From: Eledone cirrhosa
Lineage: Eukaryota
Assembly (NCBI GenBank): GCA_964016885.1
Contig: OZ024741.1
Span: 195,238,001 to 195,302,000, forward strand
Reading direction: 5' to 3'
Length of the DNA stretch: 64,000 bases
Shown piece by piece: positions 30,001 to 41,383 of this stretch. The position numbers were made by a program, and so were the translations under genes. Positions within the stretch are counted from its first letter, which is position 1. Each line of letters begins with the position of its first letter. The notes under the pieces are model-generated. The model did no database searches, was not told the origin of the DNA, and worked only from the letters and a program-made list of their open reading frames with translations.

Positions 30001-33000
30001 CTGTTGTTGTTATTGTTACTGTTGTTGTTACTGTTTTGTTACTGTAGTTGTTCTTGTTATTGTTGTTGTTACTCTTTTGTTACTGTAGTTGTTTTTGTTA
30101 TTGTTGGTGTTACTGTTTTGTTACTGTAGTTGTTTTTGTTATTGTTGTTACTGTTTTGTTACTGTAGTTGTTATTGTTACTGTTGTTGTTACTGTTTCGT
30201 TACTGTAGCTGTTTTTGTTATTGTTGGTGTTACTGTTTTGTTACTGTAGTTGTTATTGTTACTGTTGCTACTGTTTTGTTACTGTAGTTGTTATTGTTAC
30301 TGTTGTTGTTACTGTTTTGTTACTGTAGTTGGTATTGTTACTGTTGTTGTTACTGGTTTGTTACTGTAGTTGTTATTTTTACTGTTGTTGTTACTGTTTT
30401 GTTACTGTAGTTTTTACTTTTGTTGTTACTGTTGTTGTTACTGTTTTGTTACCGTAGTCGTTATTGTTACTGTTGTTGTTACAGTTTTGTTACTGTATTT
30501 GTTACTTTTGTTGTTACTGTTGTTGTTACTGGTGGTGTTACTGTTTTGTTACTTTAGTTGTTACTTTTTTGTTACTGTTGTTGTTACTGTTTTGTTACCG
30601 TAGTTGTTATTGCTACTGTTGTTGTTACTGTTGTTGTTACTGTTTTGTTACTGTAGTTATTACTTTTGTTGTTACTGTTGTTGTTACTGTTTTGTTACCG
30701 TAGTTGGTATTGTTACTGTTGGTGTTACTGTTTTGTTACTGTAGTTGTTATTTTTACTGTTGTCACTGTTTTGTTACTGTTGTTGTTATTGTTACTGTTG
30801 TTGTTACTGTTTTGTTACTGTAGTTGGTATTGTTACTGTTGTTACTGTTTTATTACTGTATTTGTTATTGTTACTGTTGTGACTGTTTTGTTACTGTAGT
30901 TGTTATTGTTACTGTTGTTGTTACTGTTTTGTTACTGTAGTTGTTATTGTTACTGTTTTCTTACTGTAGTTTTTACTTTTGTTGTTACTGTTGTTGTTAC
31001 TGATTTGTTACCGTAGTTGTTATTGTTACTGTTGTTGTTAGTGTTTTGTTATTGTAGTTGTTATTGTTACTGTTGTTGTTACTGCTTTGTTACTGTAGTT
31101 GGTATTGTTACTGTTGTTGTTACTGTTTTGTTACTGTAGTTGTTATTGTTACTGTGGTTGTTACTGTTATTGTTACTGTTGTTATTGTTACTGTATTTGT
31201 TATTGTTACTGTTGTTGTTACTGTTTTGTTACTGTAGTTGTTATTGTTACTGTAGTTGGTATTGTTACTGTTGTTGTTACTGTTTTGTTACTGTAGTTGT
31301 TATTGTTACTCTAGTTGTTATTGTTACTGTAGTTGGTATTGTTACTGTTAGTGTTACTGTTTTGTTACTGTAGTTGTTACTGTTTTGTTACTGTAGTTGT
31401 TATTGTTACTGTTAATGTTTTGTTACCGTAGTTCTTTTTGTTATTGTTGTTGTTACTGTTTTGTTACTGTAGTTGTTATTGTTACTGTTGTTGTTACTGT
31501 TTTGTTACTGTAGTTGTTATTGTTACTGTTGTTGTTAGAGTTTTCTTACTGTAGTTGTTGTTGTTACTGTTGTTGTTACTGTTCTGTTACTGTAGTTGTT
31601 ATTGTTACTGTTGGTGTTACTGTTTTGTTACTGTAGTTGGTATTGTTACTGTTGGTGTTACTGTTTTGTTACTGTAGTTGTTATTGTTACTGTTGGTGTT
31701 ACTGTTTTGTTATTGTTGTTGTTATTGTTACTGTTGTTGTTACTGTTTTGTTACTGTAGTTGTTATTGTTACTGTTGTTGTTACTGTTTTGTTACTGTAG
31801 TTGTTATTGTTACTGTCGTTGTTACTGTTTGGTTACTGTAGTTGTTATTGTTACTGTTGTTGTTACTGTTCTGTTACTGTAGTTGTTATTGTTACTGTTG
31901 CTGTTACTGTTTTGTTATTGTAGTTGTTATTGTTACTGTTTGGTTACTGTAGTTATTATTGTTACTGTTGTTGTTACTGTTTTGTTACTGTAGTTGTTAT
32001 TGTTACTGTTGTTTTTACTGTTTTGTTACTGTAGTTGTTATTGTTACTGTTTTTGTTACTGTTTTGTTACTGTAGTTGTTATTGTTACTGTTGGTGTTAC
32101 TGTTTTGTTACTGTAGTTCTTATTGTTACTTTTGTTGTTACTGTTGTTGTTACAGTTTTGTTACTGTAGTTGTTATTGTTACTTTTGTTGTTGGTGTTTT
32201 GTTATTGTAGTTGTTATTGTTACTGTTGGTGTTATTGTTGGTGTTACTGTTTTGTTACTGTAGGTGTTATTGTTACTGTTGGTGTTACTGTTTTGTTACT
32301 GTAGTTGTTATTTTTACTGTTGATGTTACTGTTTTGTTACTGTTGTTGTTATTGTTACTGTTGTTGTTACTGTTTTGTTACTGTAGTTGGTATTGTTACT
32401 GTTGTTACTGTTTTGTTACCATAGTTCTTGTTTGTTATTGTTGTTGTTACTGTTTCGTTACTGTAGTTGGTATTGTTATTGTTGTTGTTACTGTTTTGTT
32501 ACTGTAGTTGTTATTGTTACTGTTGTTGTTACTGTGTTGTTACTGTAGTTATTATTGTTACTGTTGTTGTTACTTTTTTGTTACTGTAGTTGTTATTGTT
32601 ACTGTTGTTGTTACTGTTTTGTTACTGTAGTTATTATTGTTACTGTTGTTGTTACTGTTTTGTTACTGTAGTTGTTATTGTTACTGTTGTTGTTACTGTT
32701 TTGTTACTGTAGTTGTTATTGTTACTGTTTTGTTACTGTAGTTGGTATTGTTACTGTTGTTGTTACTGTTTTGTTACTGTAGTTATTATTGTTACTGTTG
32801 TTGTTACTGTTTTGTTACTGTTGTTGTTACTGTTTTGTTACTGTAGTTGTTATTGTTACAGTTTTGTTACTGTTCTGTTACTGTAGTAGTTATTGTTACT
32901 TTTCTTATTACTGTTGTTGTTACTGTTTTTTTACCGTAGTTGTTATTGTTACTGTTGTTGTTACTGTTGTTGTTACTGTTGTTGTTACTGTTTTGTTACT

Positions 33001-36000
33001 GTAGTTCTTATTGTTACTGTTGTTGTTACTGTTTTGTTACTGTAGTTATTACTTTTGTCGTTACTGTTGTTGTTACTGTTTTGGTACTGTAGTTGTTATT
33101 GTTACTTTTGTTGTTAGTGTTTTGTTATTGTAGTTGTTATTGTTACTGTTGGTGGTACTGTTGGTGTTACAGTTTTGTTACTGTAGTTGTTATTGTTACT
33201 GTTGGTGTTACTGTTGTTGTTACTGTTTTGTTACTGTAGTTGTTATTGTTACTGTTGGTGTTACAGTTTTGTTACTGTAGTTGTTATTGTTACTGTTGGT
33301 GTTACTGTTGTTGTTACTGTTTTGTTACTGTAGTTATTATTGTTACTGTTGGTGTTACTGTTTTGTTACTGTAGTTGTTATTGTTACTTTTGTTGTTAGT
33401 GTTTTGTTATCGTAGTTGTTATTGTTACTGTTGGTGTTACTGTTGGTGTTACTGCTTTGTTACTGTAGTTGTTATTGTTACTGTTTTGTTACTGTAGTTT
33501 TTATTGCTACTGTTGTTGTTACTGTTTTGTTATTGTAGTTGTTATTGTAACTGTTGTTGTTACTGTTTTGTTACTGTTGTTGTTATTGTTACTGTTGTTG
33601 TTATTGTTACTGTTGTTGTTACTGTTTTGTTACTGTAGTTGTTCTTGTTATTGTTGTTGTTACTCTTTTGTTACTGTAGTTGTTTTTGTTATTGTTGGTG
33701 TTACTGTTTTGTTACTGTAGTTGTTTTTGTTATTGTTGTTACTGTTTTGTTACTGTAGTTGTTATTGTTACTGTTGTTGTTACTGTTTCGTTACTGTAGC
33801 TGTTTTTGTTATTGTTGGTGTTACTGTTTTGTTACTGTAGTTGTTATTGTTACTGTTGCTACTGTTTTGTTACTGTAGTTGTTATTGTTACTGTTGTTGT
33901 TACTGTTTTGTTACTGTAGTTGGTATTGTTACTGTTGTTGTTACTGGTTTGTTACTGTAGTTGTTATTTTTACTGTTGTTGTTACTGTTTTGTTACTGTA
34001 GTTTTTACTTTTGTTGTTACTGTTGTTGTTACTGTTTTGTTACCGTAGTCGTTATTGTTACTGTTGTTGTTACAGTTTTGTTACTGTATTTGTTACTTTT
34101 GTTGTTACTGTTGTTGTTACTGGTGGTGTTACTGTTTTGTTACTTTAGTTGTTACTTTTTTGTTACTGTTGTTGTTACTGTTTTGTTACCGTAGTTGTTA
34201 TTGCTACTGTTGTTGTTACTGTTGTTGTTACTGTTTTGTTACTGTAGTTATTACTTTTGTTGTTACTGTTGTTGTTACTGTTTTGTTACCGTAGTTGGTA
34301 TTGTTACTGTTGGTGTTACTGTTTTGTTACTGTAGTTGTTATTTTTACTGTTGTCACTGTTTTGTTACTGTTGTTGTTATTGTTACTGTTGTTGTTACTG
34401 TTTTGTTACTGTAGTTGGTATTGTTACTGTTGTTACTGTTTTGTTACCGTAGTTCTTGTTTGTTATTGTTGTTGTTACTGTTGCGTTACTGTAGTTGGTA
34501 TTGTTATTGTTGTTGTTACTGTTTTGTTACTGTAGTTGTTATTGTTACTGTGTTGTTACTGTAGTTATTATTGTTACTGTTGTTTTTACAGTTTTGTTAC
34601 TGTAGTTGTTATTGTTACTGTTGTTGTTACTGTTTTATTACTGTATTTGTTATTGTTACTGTTGTGACTGTTTTGTTACTGTAGTTGTTATTGTTACTGT
34701 TGTTGTTACTGTTTTGTTACTGTAGTTGTTATTGTTACTGTTTTCTTACTGTAGTTTTTACTTTTGTTGTTACTGTTGTTGTTACTGATTTGTTACCGTA
34801 GTTGTTATTGTTACTGTTGTTGTTAGTGTTTTGTTATTGTAGTTGTTATTGTTACTGTTGTTGTTACTGCTTTGTTACTGTAGTTGGTATTGTTACTGTT
34901 GTTGTTACTGTTTTGTTACTGTAGTTGTTATTGTTACTGTGGTTGTTACTGTTATTGTTACTGTTGTTATTGTTACTGTATTTGTTATTGTTACTGTTGT
35001 TGTTACTGTTTTGTTACTGTAGTTGTTATTGTTACTGTAGTTGGTATTGTTACTGTTGTTGTTACTGTTTTGTTACTGTAGTTGTTATTGTTACTCTAGT
35101 TGTTATTGTTACTGTAGTTGGTATTGTTACTGTTAGTGTTACTGTTTTGTTACTGTAGTTGTTACTGTTTTGTTACTGTAGTTGTTATTGTTACTGTTAA
35201 TGTTTTGTTACCGTAGTTCTTTTTGTTATTGTTGTTGTTACTGTTTTGTTACTGTAGTTGTTATTGTTACTGTTGTTGTTACTGTTTTGTTACTGTAGTT
35301 GTTATTGTTACTGTTGTTGTTAGAGTTTTCTTACTGTAGTTGTTGTTGTTACTGTTGTTGTTACTGTTCTGTTACTGTAGTTGTTATTGTTACTGTTGGT
35401 GTTACTGTTTTGTTACTGTAGTTGGTATTGTTACTGTTGGTGTTACTGTTTTGTTACTGTAGTTGTTATTGTTACTGTTGGTGTTACTGTTTTGTTATTG
35501 TTGTTGTTATTGTTACTGTTGTTGTTACTGTTTTGTTACTGTAGTTGTTATTGTTACTGTTGTTGTTACTGTTTTGTTACTGTAGTTGTTATTGTTACTG
35601 TCGTTGTTACTGTTTGGTTACTGTAGTTGTTATTGTTACTGTTGTTGTTACTGTTCTGTTACTGTAGTTGTTATTGTTACTGTTGCTGTTACTGTTTTGT
35701 TATTGTAGTTGTTATTGTTACTGTTTGGTTACTGTAGTTATTATTGTTACTGTTGTTGTTACTGTTTTGTTACTGTAGTTGTTATTGTTACTGTTGTTTT
35801 TACTGTTTTGTTACTGTAGTTGTTATTGTTACTGTTTTTGTTACTGTTTTGTTACTGTAGTTGTTATTGCTACTGTTGGTGTTACTGTTTTATTACTGTA
35901 GTTGTGGATTGGCAGTATCGGTAGAGGGTCGGACGCCATGCTTTCCAGCATAGTTACGTCCCTTTACGATCTGAGTTCAAATCCCGCCGAGGTTGACTTT

Positions 36001-38770
36001 GCCTTTCATCCTTACGGGGTCGATAAAATAAAGTACCAGTAATGCACTGGATAATTGCTGACCTTGTGCCAAAAGTAGAAACAATTACTGTAGTTGGTAT
36101 TGTTACTGTTGGTGTTACTGTTTTGTTACTGTAGTTGTTATTGTTACTGTTTTTGTTACTGTTTTGTTACTGTAGTTGTTATTGTTACTGTTGTTGATAC
36201 TGTTTTGTTACTGTAGTTGTTATTGTTACTGTTGTTGTTACTGTTTTGTTACTGTAGTTGTTATTGTTACTGTTGTTGTTACTGTTTTGTTACTGTAGTT
36301 GTTATTGTTACTGTTTTTGTTACTGTTTTGTTACTGTAGTTGTTATTGTTACTGTTGTTGATACTGTTTTGTTACTGTAGTTGTTATTGTTACTGTTGTT
36401 GTTACTGTTTTGTTACTGCAGTTGGTATTGTTAATGTTGTTGTTACTCTTTTGTTACTGTAGTTGTTATTGTTACTGTTGTTGTTACTGTTTTGTTACTG
36501 TAGTTGTTATTGTTACTGTAGTTGTTATTGTTACTGTAGTTGTTATTGTTACTGTTGTTGTTACTGTTTTGTTACTGCAGTTGGTATTGTTACTGTTGTT
36601 GTTACTGTTTTGTTACTGTAGTTGTTATTGTTACTGTTGTTGATACTGTTTTGTTACTGTAGTTGTTATTGTTACTGTTGTTGATACTGTTTTGTTACTG
36701 CAGTTGGTATTGTTACTGTTGGTGTTACTGTTTTGTTACTGTAGTTGTTATTGTTACTGTTGGTGTTACTGTTTTGTTACTGTAGTTGTTATTGTTACTG
36801 TTGTTGTTACCGTTTTGTTACTGTAGTTGTTAGTGTTACTGTTGTTGTTACTGTTTTATTACTGTAGTTGTTATTGTTACTGTTGTTACTGTTTTGTTAC
36901 TATAGTTGTTATTGTTTTTGTTGTTGTTACTGTTTTGTTACTGTAGTTGGTATTGTTACTGTTGTTGTTACTGTTTTATTACTGTTGTTGTTACTGTTTT
37001 GTTACTATAGTTGTTATTGTTTTTGTTGTTGTTACTGTTTTGTTACTGTAGCTGTTATTGTTATTGTTGTTGTTACTGTTACTGTAGTTGTTATTGTTTT
37101 TGTTGTTGTTACTGTCACTGTAGTTGTTATTGTTACTGTTGTTGTTACTGTTTTGTTACTGTAGTTGTTATTGTTACTATTGTTGTTATTGTTTTGTTAC
37201 TGTAGTTGTTATTGTTACTGTTGTTGTTACTGTTTTGTTACTGTAGTTGTTATTGTTACTGTAGTTGTTACTGTTTTGTTACTGTAGTTGTTATTGTTAC
37301 TGTTGTTGTTACTGTTTTGTTACTGTAGTTGTTATTGTTACTGTAGTTGTTATTGTTACTGTAGTTGTTATTGTTACTGTAGTTGTTATTGTTTTGTTAC
37401 TGTAGTTGTTATTGTTACTGTTGTTGTTACTGTTTTGTTACAGTAGTTGTTATTGTTACTGTTGTTGTTACTGTTTTTGTTACTGTAGTTGTTATTGTTA
37501 CTGTAGTTGTTATTGTTTTATTACTGTAGTTGTTATTGTTACTGTTGTTGTTACTGTTTTGTTACTGTAGTTGTTATTGTTACTGTTGTTGTTACTGTTT
37601 TGTTACTGTAGTTGTTATTGTTACTGTAGTTGTTATTGTTACTGTTGGTGTTACTGTTTTGTTACTGTAGTTGTTATTGTTACTGTTGTTGTTACTGTTT
37701 TGTTACGGTAGTTGGTATTGTTACTGTTGTTGTTACTGTTTTGTTACTGTAGTTGTTATTGTTACTGTTGTTGTTACTGTTTTGTGACTGTTGTTGTTAT
37801 TGTTACTGTTTTTGTTACTGTTTTGTTACTGTAGTTGTTATTGCTACTGTTGGTGTTACTGTTTTATTACTGTAGTTGGTATTGTTACTGTTGGTGTTAC
37901 TGTTTTGTTACTGTAGTTGTTATTGTTACTGTTGTTGTTACTGTTTTGTTACTGTAGTTGTTATTGTTACTGTTTTTGTTACTGTTTTGTTACTGTAGTT
38001 GTTATTGTTACTGTTGTTGATACTGTTTTGTTACTGTAGTTGTTATTGTTACTCTAGTTGTTATTGTTACTGTTGTTGTTACTGTTTTGTTACTGTAGTT
38101 GTTATTGTTACTGTTGTTGTTACTGTTTTGTTACTGTAGTTGTTATTGTTACTGTAGTTGTTATTGTTACTGTTGTTGTTACTGTTTTGTTACTGTAGTT
38201 GTTACTTTTGTTGTTACTGTTGTTGTTACTGATTTTTTATCGTAGTTGTTATTGTTATTGTTGGTGTTACTGTTTTGTTACTGTAGTTGTTATTGTTACT
38301 GTTGTTGTTACTGTAGTTGGTATTGTTACTGTTGTTGTTACTGTTTTGTTACTGTAGTTGTTATTGTTATTGTTGGTGTTACTGTTTTGTTACTGTAGTT
38401 GTTATTGTTAATGTTGTTGTTACTGTTTTGTTACTGTAGTTGTTATTGTTACTGTTGTTGTTAGTGTTTTGTTACTGTAGTTGTTACTGTTTTGTTACTG
38501 TAGTTGTTATTGTTACTGTTGTTGTTACTGTTGTTGTTACTGTAGTTGTTATTGCTACTGTTGTTGTTACTGTTTTGTTACTGTAGTTGCTATTGTTACT
38601 GTTGTTGTTACTGTTTTGTTACTGTAGTTGTTATTGTTACTGTTGTTGTTACTGTTTTGTTACTGTAGTTTTTATTGTTATTGTTGTTGTTACTGTTTTG
38701 TTACTATTGTTGTTATTGCTACTGTTGTTGTTACTGTTTTGTTACTGTTGTTGTTATTGTTATTGTTGTT
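1..38770 (+). repeat. Tandem satellite array, 41-bp consensus monomer TTACTGTAGTTGTTATTGTTACTGTTGTTGTTACTGTTTTG (begins upstream of the window)
   Basis: The monomer can be read repeatedly throughout. Consensus composition is T24 G9 A5 C3, with many point variants and 3/12/18-bp subunit indels. The only interruption seen is at 35.9-36.1 kb. Confidence 0.97.
35905..36083 (+). mobile_element. tRNA-derived SINE (short subfamily) inserted in the satellite
   Basis: A-box-like TGGCAGTATCGG and B-box GAGTTCAAATCC, followed by the core GCCTTTCATCCTTACGGGGTCGATAAAATAAAGTACCAG (resembles the Meta/MESC SINE core as I recall it). 13-bp TSD ATTACTGTAGTTG at 35892-35904 and 36084-36096. Confidence 0.93.
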
Positions 38771-38963
38771 GTGACGGTAGTTAATATTATTCCTGTTGGT
38801 GTTGTAGGAACCAGTTATTTTTGTTGTTATTGTATTTATTGATTTTGTTGTTATCGTTATTGTTGCTTATGTTGCTGCTGCCAAATCGAAGATGTTACTA
38901 TTATTAGTGAGAGGAAGTAGGATGCTGCTATTAGTGCTGCTGCTACTTTCAGTAATGCTACTG

Positions 38964-38979
<16 letters not shown>

Positions 38980-38996
<17 letters not shown>

Positions 38997-39195
38997 TTGG
39001 TGGTGGTGGTGGTGGTGGTGGTGGCGGTGGTGGTTGCGGTGGTGGTGGTGGTGCTGGTTGTGGTGTTGATGTTGGTGGTGTTGGTGGTGGTGGTGGTGGT
39101 GGTGGTGGTGGCGGCGGTGGTGGTTGTGGTGGTGGTGGTGGTGGTGGTGCTGGTAGTGGCGTTGGTGGCGGTGGTGGTGGTGGTGGTGGTGGTGC
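38980..39195 (+). repeat. Imperfect (GGT)n microsatellite
   Basis: Runs of GGT with scattered GGC/TGT/GCT variants. Confidence 0.95.
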
Positions 39196-39295
39196 TAGTA
39201 CTATTGGTGTGGCTACTCTCATTTATGGTGCTGCTACTATTGCTGGTGTTGATGCTGTTATTACTATTAATGTTGCTACTGTTGTCGATTATTCT

Positions 39296-39490
39296 GCTGC
39301 TACTGCTGTTGCTACTATTGCTGTTGCTACTACTGCTGTTGCTACTACTGCTGTTGCTACTACTGCTGTTGCTACTACTGCTATTGCTACTACTGCTGTT
39401 GCTACTACTGCTATTGCTACTACTGCTGTTGCTACTACTGCTGTTGCTACTACTGCTATTGCTACTATTGTTGTTGCTATTACTGCTGCG
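39296..39490 (+). repeat. 15-bp minisatellite GCTACTACTGCTGTT / GCTACTACTGCTATT
   Basis: About 12 tandem units visible. Confidence 0.9.
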
Positions 39491-39864
39491 GTTATATTGT
39501 TGTTCTTGCTGCTGCAGCTAAAAATAGATATTTTAACTTTAGTAGGTTGTTTCAGAAAATGTGTCGTCATTCTTTTAACTGGTTAATGACAGAGAAAAGG
39601 AAGTGTAGCAGCCACGACCCTTTATTTTCTTTCATGGTCTCTGAAATTAGTGGGATTGAATGGGGAGAGGGGGCAGGATTTATTTTCAACCTGGAGGCAA
39701 GGCCCAAATACTTGCGGCACAGTGGATTACTCTAAAAATAGACAAAGATCAGATAGTGATGTTAAACCGGGTGACGGATTAAGTCTCTAATATAAGTAGG
39801 TGGCAGCATGATTTCAATTCAGTACGAAAGAACCAATACCAGAAGACATTCGAAGACTGCTAGT

Positions 39865-39932
39865 GCTTTAACTATTGGACCTGGGAAGAATGAAACACAA
39901 AGATAATCTCGATAGGATTTGAACTCAGAAAC
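39865..39932 (-). mobile_element. Degenerate fragment of the same SINE family
   Basis: GAATGAAACACAAAGATAATCTCGATAGGATTTGAACTCAGAA aligns loosely with the SINE reverse complement GGATGAAAGGCAAAGTTAACCTCGGCGGGATTTGAACTCAGA. Confidence 0.55.
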
Positions 39933-39971
39933 AAGATTGGAACTCAGAACTCAAGGATTTGAATACGGAGC

Positions 39972-40070
39972 GCTGCTGCTGCTGCTGCTCTTCTTCTTCT
40001 TCTTCTTCTTCATCTTCTTCTTCTTCTTCTTCTTCTTCTTCTTCTTCTTCTTCTTCTTCTTCTTCTTCTC
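39972..40070 (+). repeat. Compound microsatellite (GCT)n-(CTT)n
   Basis: Directly visible. Confidence 0.97.
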
Positions 40071-41150
40071 AAATCAGGTCAATTGATTATATTTTTGTTT
40101 TTTAAATCTTTTTTTATTTTGTTCTCCACGCTTCTCCATTGTCCATCTCCTCCCTATTGTCACAAGATGATGTGGTGGGTTTGCTGGATGTGACCACAGG
40201 TCAACTATGTCCGGTGGAAGAAGATCTCCATCCTCTATTTGTTAGTGTTCTATCTGTTCATCGGCTCCTGGTACTGAGGGTGAGGTAATTTCTACGTTTG
40301 CATCAAGCTATTTACCAGTGAGCCTTATGGTGTGTCTACGTATATACTGCGGCCAAAGAATGTGGGCAGGTGTGTGGTGCACCAGCTCCCTCTGTCACCT
40401 CTCCATGTTCTCGATTTTAAAGACCATACGCTGTTCCCCGGTTGATTGAGCATAAATATTGCTCCGGTTTCATTCATCTACGCCTTTAGGGTATATGAAC
40501 CCCCACCCTAGCTTCGAAAATCAAAGGTTTGCCACTTTCCCCTTTGTCTCCTCAAACAAAAAGCAAGTTTTATGACATACAACTCCTACATTTTGTGAGG
40601 AGTTGTTCCATATCCAATGTTTCTCGCTGACTCGTAATAATAGCAAAAATGTTGATGATTTTTTAATTAAAGCTATCGCAATTATTTCGAAACTTGTCTG
40701 AGTATTCAATTATTATAATTTCGTTCTCTGCCATTGTCCCTGTCCCTTGCCATTGTCCATCTCCGCTTGCCTGTGCCTCTTCCCCCTTTTGTTGTTGTCT
40801 GCTGTTTTTCAACGTAATTTCCTTTGGAATCATATCCGTTGCTGCCACATATTTGACTAGCACGTTTTCCCACTCATCCAGAGGATGTCATATTAATTGA
40901 CGACAAAACAAGTTTTGCTAAATGCTTTAAATGAGTGAAAGTATATATTTCCGCACCTACGATTTACGTTGTCGCGCAAATGTTTCTACGCGCTACGTTG
41001 TCAAAGCAAAAAATAATAAATAAAACATTTTTCATCAAATAATACAAGGTGTAATCCAAATCTATTTTTCCGGGACTTATTGGCAAAGAACAACAACAAC
41101 GAGACTACGGCGGTGACGGCGACGACGGCGACGATGACAACGACGACACT

Positions 41151-41371
41151 AATAATGGTTTTTGATTTAGGCACAAGGCCAACAATTTTGGGGGAGGAGA
41201 AGGTCGATTAAATCGACCCCAGTGCATTACTGGTATTTTATTTTATCGACCTCGTAAGGATGAAAGGCAAAGCTAACTTCGGCGGCATTTGAACTCGGAA
41301 CATAAAATGACGTAACTCTATGCTGCAAAGCATATTTTCCGTTGCTCTACCGATACTTCCAATTCACCGCC
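41151..41371 (-). mobile_element. tRNA-derived SINE (long subfamily with GTCGATTTAATCGAC hairpin)
   Basis: Reverse complement of the full SINE, from GGCGGTGAATTGG to the tail GCCTTGTGCCTAAATCAAAAACCATTATTA. Confidence 0.9.
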
Positions 41372-41383
41372 TTGATGATGATT

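Noticed and set aside
1-38770. CRISPR array or telomeric repeat interpretation
   Set aside because: There are no unique spacers or cas genes and the context is eukaryotic. There is no short G-run telomere unit, and the TG-rich strand runs toward the non-satellite sequence.
494-38784. Over a hundred short Leu/Val/Cys/Tyr-rich ORFs on +
   Set aside because: They are translations of the 41-bp satellite starting at TTG/GTG-type codons. Because 41 is not a multiple of 3, the same three peptide patterns simply rotate.
38857-39586. Poly-Pro (formin/extensin-like), poly-Val/Leu and ATTAV-repeat (mucin/antifreeze-like) ORFs
   Set aside because: Overlapping open frames on both strands of (GGT)n and a 15-bp minisatellite, with no flanking domain or splice evidence.
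40663-40900. Short ORFs on both strands
   Set aside because: No recognisable motif; cannot be supported as exons.
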